Notes under the pieces: model-generated | What the model saw: only the letters and a program-made list of their open reading frames with translations | What the model was told of the DNA's origin: nothing | Databases searched by the model: none | Made by a program: the position numbers and the translations under genes | Shown here: one piece after another, positions 1 through 5,014 of the stretch | Layout: each line of letters starts with the position of its first letter | Position numbering within the stretch: the first letter of the stretch is position 1 | Source: a virus | Taxonomy: Duplodnaviria; Heunggongvirae; Uroviricota; Caudoviricetes | DNA length: 5,014 bases | Reading direction: 5' to 3' (one strand) | IMG/VR virus record: IMGVR_UViG_2778261447_000019

Positions 1-867
1 CTTGCGCGGGTCTTTTCCGGCTGCGTGCTCAAGCCATTTATGAAAGTTTGGCGCGTTATCGCGGATGTTCTCCCCTGGTACTGGCGGCGTGTACTCAATG
101 CCGTTGTGTGTGGTGATCCAGTTATCAGGCGAGTGCGGGGAAAATTCCCCTGTTTTCAGGTCAAGCACGCCATTAGCGAACGGCAGCAAATCACCGGACG
201 GCTCGCCCATTGGTTCGGCAATAACTTTTAACGCTTCAACGGCGTTACTGATTACGCGCTTGCTGAAAGTGGCCCTGTGCTCTGAATAGATCGCCACCAT
301 TTCGCGGCTCAGTTCCATTGTGCTGACCGGACACCATACCCCGCCGCGCCAGACGTGAACGATTTCACTTTCCGGATGCACACAAACGCCATCAAACCGA
401 CCAGCAAGCATCTGTGCGCGCTCACTGTCTGCCATCTGTGAAAGTTGTGCTTTTTTCTGCTCCGGCATGGTAAGCCCTGCGGCAATATTTTCACGCTCAG
501 CATTCAAATAGCGCCGCCAGTTCTCCACCTTCTGACCGTGCATTCCTTCAGAGTAAAAATTCGCATCCTGAATATCTGCCGCCGCCAGCTTCTGACCAAT
601 CTTTTTGGTCTCCACTAAATCCAGTTCTCCGGCCTGGTACAGCCTTACGCGTTTTTTTCCATCCGGAACAATTTTCAGCGCATCAAGTTCAGCAAGCTGA
701 TTTGGCCCAAGCCACACAGGCGGCACATTATCGCCGGATGCGGGACCGTCCTTCTCCTGCCACTGTTGTGCATGCGACCAGGCATCACTACCCGCGAAAA
801 TAATTACCTCTGTGTCTTTGTGTTTTATTCCGCGTGGCTGTTTTTTTACGTTCGGTGCCAGTTTCAT
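1..867 (-). CDS. Partial CDS (N-terminal 289 codons; C-terminus lies beyond window start): P4-family phage/plasmid primase-helicase-like replication protein
   Basis: The minus-strand frame is open from the ATG at 867-865 to position 1, with no TCA/TTA/CTA triplets in plus frame 1; the six-frame track omits it only because it has no stop inside the window. The ATG overlaps the upstream stop (ATGA at 867-864) and is preceded by a G-rich SD (cAGGGGtaaaa). The translation contains FANGVLDLKTGEFSPHSPDNWITTH...YTP followed by NFHKWLEHAAGKDP, which matches from memory the D5_N / P4-family primase C-terminal signature (NGxLDLxTGxxxxHxPxD...T, then FxxFL....GD). Confidence 0.7.
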   Translation of the reverse strand, partial: MKLAPNVKKQPRGIKHKDTEVIIFAGSDAWSHAQQWQEKDGPASGDNVPPVWLGPNQLAELDALKIVPDGKKRVRLYQAGELDLVETKKIGQKLAAADIQDANFYSEGMHGQKVENWRRYLNAERENIAAGLTMPEQKKAQLSQMADSERAQMLAGRFDGVCVHPESEIVHVWRGGVWCPVSTMELSREMVAIYSEHRATFSKRVISNAVEALKVIAEPMGEPSGDLLPFANGVLDLKTGEFSPHSPDNWITTHNGIEYTPPVPGENIRDNAPNFHKWLEHAAGKDPRK

Positions 868-1163
868 TTTTTACCCCTGAATCCGTTAATCATGGTTTTC
901 AGCTTCTGGATGTTTGCCCGTGCCCTGGCGTTGCTGGTGGGCACGTTATGCGGCGCGGTCTGTACCAGAGAAAAATCACGCCGGAACTGATAAACAGGCA
1001 TCACGCAGTCATATTCGTAGCCATCACGGCGGTAAGTGATGCGCCGTTCCTCCACGCCTTTAATCGTTACCGTGCCGCCGTAGTTATCACGGAAAATATC
1101 GCCTGGACGGATTTCAGGACGAGCGGGGCCGCTGGCATTAACGCCAGTATTTTTCTTTTTCAT
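864..1163 (-). CDS. Hypothetical small basic protein (99 aa); possibly a DUF4222-like phage protein
   Basis: Complete ORF whose stop overlaps the primase start (ATGA). A GGAG lies 10 nt upstream of the ATG. The core GDIFRDNYGGTVTIKGVEERRITYRRDGYEYDCVMPVYQFRRDF resembles the small phage-associated DUF4222 pattern; this is recall, not a search result. Confidence 0.6.
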   Translation of the reverse strand: MKKKNTGVNASGPARPEIRPGDIFRDNYGGTVTIKGVEERRITYRRDGYEYDCVMPVYQFRRDFSLVQTAPHNVPTSNARARANIQKLKTMINGFRGKK

Positions 1164-1168
1164 GTTTT

Positions 1169-1402
1169 TTATTCTCCGGTGTGCTGTTCTTTATATCTGT
1201 CGTGCAATAGGTCTATTTCCTGCAACTCTGTTATTACAGGTTCAAGGAGAGTTATCAGAGATTTAATAATCCGCGCATTCTTTACATCACGCTCATTATC
1301 GCCAAATGTATCCAGATACATTTGCAATATTTCGTACATACCTTCAGCGTAAGCAAGGGCACTAAATGCGCGGTCTATTGTTTCGTGGTAAATATCACGC
1401 AT
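1169..1402 (-). CDS. Hypothetical protein (77 aa, acidic, predicted helical)
   Basis: Complete ORF with ATG at 1402-1400, preceded by GGGGA with a 5-nt spacer. It starts 1 nt after the stop of the upstream gene (TAA-t-ATG) and ends 5 nt before the next ATG, which indicates operon coupling. Confidence 0.6.
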   Translation of the reverse strand: MRDIYHETIDRAFSALAYAEGMYEILQMYLDTFGDNERDVKNARIIKSLITLLEPVITELQEIDLLHDRYKEQHTGE

Positions 1403-1403
1403 A

Positions 1404-1856
1404 TTAATCCCCGTCCGTCGTTTTTCTTAAAACAGTTTCCGTTACGAAATCAGCATAATTAGCGGCGATATCAAGAATATTTAGCCCTGTATCCCTGTGC
1501 TCATCAGTGCAAAGAAAGAAAAAAGCCACCCGCATAATTTCAGATATTGACGAAAGCGCATCAGCCGCATTATCAGGAACGCCGGAAAATTCCTGTTTCA
1601 GGGAATTAAAACGATCATCACGCATAACCCCCCCATTTTCACAATCAGCAATCAGGATGGCTTTAGCCTCATTCAGCGCCATATCAGCGGTTAGCTGTGC
1701 GTAGGCCAGCGAATGCGGGATTATTGCCCCTGTATATTCCGGCTCTCTGGTAATGTGTTTTTCTGCGGTTGCTGCCGTGCATGAAATATCAATCAGCGCG
1801 TGCATTAGCGTTATGATGGCTTCGGCGGCTGCGTCCGGACGGATGTTATTGCACAT
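1404..1856 (-). CDS. Hypothetical protein (150 aa)
   Basis: Complete ORF with ATG at 1856-1854, preceded by GGGGG with a 6-nt spacer. It overlaps the upstream gene by 11 nt. Amino-acid composition is protein-like; no motif recognised. Confidence 0.65.
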   Translation of the reverse strand: MCNNIRPDAAAEAIITLMHALIDISCTAATAEKHITREPEYTGAIIPHSLAYAQLTADMALNEAKAILIADCENGGVMRDDRFNSLKQEFSGVPDNAADALSSISEIMRVAFFFLCTDEHRDTGLNILDIAANYADFVTETVLRKTTDGD

Positions 1857-2214
1857 GGCGCACCCCCTGAATAACCTGATATCCGCAACTGGTCAGCAAT
1901 TCGATAAATTCCGGCAGTGTGCCGAAACAGCAATCATCACGCAGCCGTTCGCAGGATACCTCGACGCCGTTTTCGTAGTGACTCACCATACATCCGGTAA
2001 AATGCAGATCATCATCGTGATGGCTCGTTGACGGCTTAATCAGTCGCGCACGTTCCGCCAGTTCCAGCAATGCTTGAACGCTTCCGGCAATTGCACCATC
2101 CGGCAGGTGATAATTACGCACTATGCGCCCGTTCTCCACATTGACGAGTAGCTGTCCGGTAAATTTCTCACGAAACTGAACGCGGTTAAGATCGGTAAGT
2201 GACAGGTTAATCAT
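1846..2214 (-). CDS. Hypothetical His/Cys-rich protein (122 aa from the ATG at 2214; the track's 161-aa version starts at a GTG at 2331)
   Basis: The ATG at 2214-2212 is preceded by a strong SD (AGGAGG, 6-nt spacer); the longer GTG-initiated form has no SD and would overlap the upstream gene. The C-terminal half has His65, His66, His71, His79 and Cys75, Cys88, Cys95, Cys96, Cys110 (SHHDDDLHFTGCMVSHYENGVEVSCERLRDDCCFG), suggesting a metal-binding site. Confidence 0.6.
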   Translation of the reverse strand: MINLSLTDLNRVQFREKFTGQLLVNVENGRIVRNYHLPDGAIAGSVQALLELAERARLIKPSTSHHDDDLHFTGCMVSHYENGVEVSCERLRDDCCFGTLPEFIELLTSCGYQVIQGVRHVQ

Positions 2215-2404
2215 GGCACACCTCCTGACGAATACGGGCGGCGAATACAGCGACACAACCGGACGGGCAACGGTTACGCGCTTCGCGTTCCGTCCAGGCG
2301 GTGACGTGGATAATTTGAGATTCTCCGGCACTCAGTGCCAGAAAACGCCACATAAAGGCGGTTTGTGTGTGCGCTAGTCGTGGGGTATGCTGTGTTCCAG
2401 CCAT
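2207..2404 (-). CDS. Hypothetical small protein (66 aa), first gene of the operon
   Basis: Internal ATG of the long 2207..3169 ORF at 2404-2402, preceded by AGGAG with an 8-nt spacer (aacAGGAGtaacgattATG). The long upstream extension is serine/cysteine-rich junk antisense to a better gene. The C-terminus contains CPSGC...CH. Confidence 0.5.
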   Translation of the reverse strand: MAGTQHTPRLAHTQTAFMWRFLALSAGESQIIHVTAWTEREARNRCPSGCVAVFAARIRQEVCHD

Positions 2405-2435
2405 AATCGTTACTCCTGTTAACGGTTTGGTTAGA

Positions 2436-2467
2436 CGCCCCGTTACTGCCGCAAACAGTTCGGGGCG
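2436..2467 (-). promoter_or_regulatory. Leader hairpin in the 5' UTR of the minus-strand operon (7-bp GC stem CGCCCCG/CGGGGCG with an 18-nt loop)
   Basis: Perfect inverted repeat CGCCCCG (2436-2442) and CGGGGCG (2461-2467), 32-63 nt upstream of the first ATG of the operon. No U-tract follows on the minus strand, so it is not a classical terminator. Confidence 0.3.
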
Positions 2468-2493
2468 TTGTCGTTTACATCCTCTTACTGAGG

Positions 2494-2569
2494 TGTGATT
2501 TAAATTAAATTCAACTGAATCACAGATCAAGTATTTTTTGTGATTCTTTTTTGTGTATACTGAATCACA
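2494..2569. promoter_or_regulatory. Divergent promoter/operator region with four alternating TGTGATT / AATCACA half-sites
   Basis: TGTGATT at 2494-2500 and 2539-2545; AATCACA at 2518-2524 and 2563-2569. An 11-bp perfect direct repeat ACTGAATCACA occurs at 2514-2524 and 2559-2569, 45 bp apart. The sites form inverted pairs (GAATCACA-N14-TGTGATTC) in an AT-rich stretch between divergent start codons at 2404 (minus) and 2592 (plus). A TATACT -10-like hexamer lies at 2556-2561. Confidence 0.5.
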
Positions 2570-2591
2570 TCTTTTGTTTAGGAGAATGCAC

Positions 2592-2897
2592 ATGGCAAAA
2601 AACACTATCAACGACAAATCAAAACAGATTTCAATTCGTATCCCACATGATGCTTTTGATGGCATGGAATCCGTAAAACTGGACGGCGAAAGCAACGCCG
2701 GATTCATAGTAACCGCCATGCGTGGTGAGATCGCCCGCCGCCAGGCAGAAGGAAGAGGAGAAAATCCCCTGGTTTCTTCGCTCGATGCACTGGCGCAGGT
2801 GGAAAAAATCGGTGTCAAAGCTGCCGAGGAGATCGGGCAACTCGTCGCCGTTGCGCGTGAAGAACTCCAGCGGCGCAAAGCCAAAGAACAGGAATAG
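2592..2897 (+). CDS. Putative ribbon-helix-helix (CopG/Arc-like) DNA-binding regulator, 101 aa
   Basis: The ATG at 2592 is preceded by GGAGA (2581-2585) with a 6-nt spacer; the track's longer ORF from 2553 lacks an SD. The N-terminus KQISIRIPHDAFDGMESVKLD...NAGFIVTAMRGEIARR has a beta-strand/helix/helix pattern typical of RHH repressors, and the C-terminus is a charged helix. An intrinsic terminator follows directly. Confidence 0.65.
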   Translation: MAKNTINDKSKQISIRIPHDAFDGMESVKLDGESNAGFIVTAMRGEIARRQAEGRGENPLVSSLDALAQVEKIGVKAAEEIGQLVAVAREELQRRKAKEQE

Positions 2898-2928
2898 CCC
2901 ACCAGCAAGCCAGCACACTGATCACATT

Positions 2929-2956
2929 GGCCACCGTGACAGGTGGCCTTTTCTTT
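2929..2956 (+). terminator. Rho-independent terminator of the RHH regulator gene
   Basis: GGCCACC (2929-2935), loop gtgaca, GGTGGCC (2942-2948), followed by TTTTCTTT (2949-2956). Confidence 0.6.
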
Positions 2957-2973
2957 GCCCGTTATCCGGCAAT

Positions 2974-3003
2974 TGTGGCGCTTCGCCACACGGTTGATAT
3001 AAT
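2974..3003 (+). promoter_or_regulatory. Candidate sigma70 promoter with an extended -10 (TGaTATAAT), overlapped by a 7-3-7 palindrome
   Basis: TG at 2995-2996 and a consensus TATAAT at 2998-3003. A perfect palindrome TGTGGCG-ctt-CGCCACA at 2974-2990 occupies the -35/spacer position, which is an operator-like arrangement. Confidence 0.4.
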
Positions 3004-3009
3004 TCCCCT

Positions 3010-3080
3010 GCTCAGATTCATTTTTTGCGCAGCAGGTAAATTGTTCAGAAAGGCGGCTCCTTATCGGGGCCGCTTTTTTT
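3010..3080 (+). ncRNA. Candidate small RNA (~70 nt) bounded by the extended -10 promoter and a strong intrinsic terminator
   Basis: No plausible ORF with an RBS. It contains a 6-bp stem CCTGCT/AGCAGG (3007-3012 and 3031-3036), an AU-rich linker, and the terminator hairpin. It lies between the regulator gene and alpA. Confidence 0.3.
3053..3080 (+). terminator. Rho-independent terminator (8-bp stem with one G-U pair, followed by T7)
   Basis: GCGGCTCC (3053-3060), loop ttatc, GGGGCCGC (3066-3073), then TTTTTTT (3074-3080). Confidence 0.65.
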
Positions 3081-3196
3081 ATGTCTGAAAAACCGCGATT
3101 TTGTTGTTTTTCAGTTTCACAAGGCCGAACGAAGCCCCGCCCCTGTTCGGGCGTATATCCAGTCTTCATGGTTAAATCTCTGTATTAGTGGATGGG

Positions 3197-3223
3197 TGGC
3201 GGCTGTGTGCCGCCAGTCTTTTT
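3197..3223 (+). terminator. GC hairpin with T5 tract abutting the alpA stop codon (possible convergent or bidirectional terminator)
   Basis: TGGCGGC (3197-3203), loop tgtgt, GCCGCCA (3209-3215), then gtcTTTTT (3216-3223). On the minus strand the hairpin sits immediately after the alpA stop but is not followed by a U-tract. Confidence 0.35.
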
Positions 3224-3410
3224 AGTGAACTGCCTCGCAGCTTTCCTTCCATGCCAGAACTTCGGATAAAGACCAGCCAACGGAACGACCGCCCAGCTTA
3301 CGCCGTGATGGGAATTGTCCGGCCTTTTCCAGGCGGTAGCGGCATGAGCGGCTAAGGCCTGTTAGCTTTTCGCATTCTTTTTCACGTATAAACCGATCAG
3401 TGCTTAACAC
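3222..3410 (-). CDS. alpA: AlpA-family phage transcriptional regulator / excisionase-like protein (62 aa)
   Basis: GTG start at 3410-3408, preceded by aGGGGG with a 5-nt spacer. The sequence KLTGLSRSCRYRLEKAGQFPSRRKLGGRSVGWSLSEVLAWKE matches the AlpA/Vis-type helix-turn-helix signature (TG.SRS..YR....G.FP...KLG.RSVGW...EV..W). It sits immediately downstream of an integrase, as in CP4-57 and P4-like elements. Confidence 0.85.
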   Translation of the reverse strand: MLSTDRFIREKECEKLTGLSRSCRYRLEKAGQFPSRRKLGGRSVGWSLSEVLAWKESCEAVH

Positions 3411-3570
3411 TATTGCCCCCTTTCGTTTCTTAAAGAGTTATTTCGTGTTCTATTGCGTTGGTATGTGTCTGATTGTGTCAGGGTGATTCAGAGTTGGCAA
3501 ATGTTGGTGGCGGGTATTTTACAGAAACGGGGTGATTTTAATAAAAAACATTTTAATTCAGTATTATACA

Positions 3571-3601
3571 AAGGCATAAAATCTCGTTTTATGCCTTTTT
3601 T
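3571..3601. terminator. 11-bp perfect hairpin flanked by an A-run and a T-run in the int-alpA intergenic region (likely int terminator, possibly bidirectional)
   Basis: AAGGCATAAAA (3571-3581), loop tctcg, TTTTATGCCTT (3587-3597), then TTTTTTCTC. The minus strand has an A-tract before the stem and a TATAAT (plus 3563-3568) immediately after it, which could act as a -10 for alpA. Confidence 0.4.
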
Positions 3602-3691
3602 CTCACTATTTAAAGCGTTATTCGCTAATGTATAAAAAACCAGTTGAGCATTAAAAATCATCAACTTATAAATCTGTATACTTTTTGGCCT

Positions 3692-3745
3692 CTTGTTCGT
3701 GGTTGTTTCACGTTGTTGCGTATTGTTGCACGTTGTATCTGTGCA
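3692..3745. repeat. Iteron-like array: five tandem TTGTw-containing units with 10-bp phasing
   Basis: TTGTT at 3693, 3702, 3712 and 3722, and TTGTA at 3732. Units are gttgtttcac / gttgttgcgt / attgttgcac / gttgtatctg. TTGTTtCACGTTGT (3702-3715) and TTGTTgCACGTTGT (3722-3735) match at 13 of 14 positions. The array lies 40-90 bp downstream of the integrase stop. Confidence 0.5.
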
Positions 3746-3784
3746 CTTATCCAGTATGCGCATACTGAAAAAACACGAAAAAAA

Positions 3785-5014
3785 TTATTTTCTTCTGGCT
3801 ACTGGTAGCGTGGTTACGTTTTCATGTGCTCCCGCCAGTATCTCCAACCGCTCCACCCACATATCCAGCGCATTGCGTTTCGCATCCAGATAACGGGAAT
3901 GATTATAAACTCGCTGCATCCCTGGCATCTGGTGGCCTGTAAGCTGCTCCACGACGTGAGGATCCACGCCTAAATCGTTCAGCATGGTTGTAAAGGTGCG
4001 CCGGATGTCATGCAGTGACCAGTGAGGGTGTTTAAGCCTCCTGTGCACTAATCTGCCGTACTGCGACACGCTGGTTTCCTGTTTCACTTCCCCCAGCAAT
4101 AAGCCCGTGTGCCTGTTCTGCTCCACCAGCTGCGTGATGAACGGCAGTATCGCTTCCGGTATGGGCCGGAATATGGCTACCTTCGTTTTGCTGTGCTCCT
4201 TCGGAACGGTCCAGAGCATTTCGGTAAAATCCCACTCGCCGATCTCCGATAACCTCAGTTCTACTGTCCGGCATCCGAAAACAATCAGGAGGCGGATTAG
4301 TGCGACGTAGTAAGGGGAAAATATTTTTTTGTCCAGTGCCTGCAATAATTCGCCCAGTTCTCTGGTGCTTAAGACACGTTCGCCTATATCCGGTTTTTTC
4401 CCAACGTCAGCCACACTCATATCATCAAGAACGTTGCTGATTGCATAGCGCCGCTTCCGGCAGAACTTAAGCGCCTGTTTGCATGTCTGTAGCAGGAACC
4501 CGGCGGAAACAGGGGCTTGCTTTGCCACCCGATCAAAACAGGCCAGCCAGTGCCGTAGCTCGCATTTATCCAGCGGCATAGGGCCAATGTGCTGTATTAC
4601 GTGATTATTTAGCCGCTTTTTCAGTGGGTCATAATCCACACGGTTTTCCTTTGCGTACGACTCAAGCCAGTAGGTGAGCGCATCGCCAACCGTTACAGGC
4701 TTTAACGCTTCCTGTACGGTGTAATTCATCTCATGACGTGGATTTTTCCCCTCAGCCAGCCATGCGCGACACTGGGCGGCTTTTTCCCTGGCTGATTTCA
4801 GGCTCAGATCAGGATAATTTCCCAGCTTAATGCGTTCCGGTGATGCCCCCCTTCCCGTTCCGGCCCTGTAAGTGAAATACCAGGTTAAAAGGCCGCTGGT
4901 TGAATGCCTGACGGTCAGGTTTCCACCGTCATTAAGAAAGACTGTTTTTTGGGCGGGTGTGCCGTTGATTTTCCTTAGCTGTGTATCACTCAGTTTGTTA
5001 AGTGCTCTGCGCAT
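3785..5014 (-). CDS. int: Tyrosine recombinase, P4-type phage integrase (409 aa)
   Basis: The N-terminus LSDTQLRK...DGGNLTVRHSTSG...WYFTYR is an arm-binding-like domain typical of P4-family integrases. The C-terminal catalytic box has HDIRRTF (H-x-x-R) and RVYNHSRY (catalytic Tyr). The start codon occupies the last three bases of the window, so the true 5' end and the adjacent att site or tRNA cannot be verified. Confidence 0.9.
   Translation of the reverse strand: MRRALNKLSDTQLRKINGTPAQKTVFLNDGGNLTVRHSTSGLLTWYFTYRAGTGRGASPERIKLGNYPDLSLKSAREKAAQCRAWLAEGKNPRHEMNYTVQEALKPVTVGDALTYWLESYAKENRVDYDPLKKRLNNHVIQHIGPMPLDKCELRHWLACFDRVAKQAPVSAGFLLQTCKQALKFCRKRRYAISNVLDDMSVADVGKKPDIGERVLSTRELGELLQALDKKIFSPYYVALIRLLIVFGCRTVELRLSEIGEWDFTEMLWTVPKEHSKTKVAIFRPIPEAILPFITQLVEQNRHTGLLLGEVKQETSVSQYGRLVHRRLKHPHWSLHDIRRTFTTMLNDLGVDPHVVEQLTGHQMPGMQRVYNHSRYLDAKRNALDMWVERLEILAGAHENVTTLPVARRK

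Larger units (their letters stand above)
1..5014 (-). mobile_element. Internal segment of an integrative mobile element (P4-like satellite, PICI-like island or similar): int - alpA - regulatory switch - small-gene operon - primase/helicase
   Basis: An integrase, an AlpA regulator and a P4-family primase lie collinear on one strand, with AT-rich structured intergenic regions and translationally coupled small genes. Element boundaries are outside the window. Confidence 0.6.

Noticed and set aside
25-289. Plus-strand ORFs 25..231 and 65..289
   Set aside because: They are antisense to the open primase frame, have no RBS, and have atypical composition; shadow ORFs.
309-503. Minus-strand ORF 309..503 (64 aa)
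   Set aside because: It is in a different frame from, and wholly inside, the open primase reading frame.
766-1352. Plus-strand ORFs 766..990 and 834..1352
   Set aside because: They overlap the coupled minus-strand genes on the opposite strand, are Cys/Ser/Phe-rich, and have no RBS.
1169-1856. Toxin-antitoxin pair (CbtA/CbeA-like, as in CP4 prophages) for the 150-aa and 77-aa genes
   Set aside because: There is no recognisable similarity to the CbtA/CbeA or YfjZ/YpjF sequences I can recall. Coupling alone is not evidence for a TA pair.
1507-2031. Plus-strand ORFs 1507..1704 and 1753..2031
   Set aside because: They are antisense shadows of the 150-aa and 122-aa minus-strand genes.
1846-2331. 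JAB/MPN (RadC-like) metalloprotease motif in the 122-aa protein
   Set aside because: The His residues do not fit the H-x-H-x7-S-xx-D JAMM spacing, so no such call is made without structural evidence.
2631-2997. ORFs 2631..2918 (minus) and 2722..2997 (plus)
   Set aside because: They overlap the RHH gene in alternative frames or on the opposite strand, have low-complexity translation, and the plus ORF runs through the terminator.
2957-3080. Direct analogue of P4 CI immunity RNA
   Set aside because: The candidate sRNA is on the opposite strand to the operon leader, and I found only a 7-nt shared segment (tcggggc) with the leader. It is kept only as a generic sRNA candidate.
2207-3169. 320-aa minus-strand ORF spanning the switch region
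   Set aside because: It is antisense to the better-supported RHH gene and runs through three hairpin/terminator structures. Its translation is Ser/Cys/Arg-rich and low-complexity, and it has no SD at its start. Only its last 66 codons, from the internal ATG at 2404 with an AGGAG SD, are retained as a gene.
3453-3893. ORFs 3453..3635 (+), 3488..3763 (-) and 3693..3893 (+) in the int-alpA intergenic region
   Set aside because: They lie in AT-rich sequence, run through the 11-bp hairpin and the iteron-like array, lack an SD, and overlap the integrase 3' end; most likely non-coding.
4032-4310. ORFs 4032..4274 (-) and 4107..4310 (+) inside the integrase gene
   Set aside because: Alternative-frame or antisense ORFs nested in a well-supported integrase CDS.
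1-5014. CRISPR arrays, tRNA genes, IS elements
   Set aside because: There are no regularly spaced direct repeats with spacers, no cloverleaf-compatible tRNA sequence, and no transposase or terminal inverted repeats in the window.

Overview
This window is a segment of a horizontally acquired integrative element (P4-like satellite or PICI-like island), with almost everything encoded on the minus strand. From the right edge going left: a tyrosine integrase (3785-5014), an AlpA-family regulator (3222-3410), a ~1 kb structured switch region (2405-3221), and then a tightly packed operon. The switch region holds the only plus-strand gene, a ribbon-helix-helix-like regulator (2592-2897), together with operator-like repeats, a candidate small RNA and several hairpins. 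The operon encodes five small proteins of unknown function (66, 122, 150, 77 and 99 aa) followed by the N-terminal part of a P4-family primase-helicase that runs off the window start. The most interesting candidates are the five-gene uncharacterised module and its divergent regulator with phased operator sites; an iteron-like array next to the integrase and the candidate sRNA are also worth checking. All functional calls rest on reading the sequence and on motif recall; no database search was possible.
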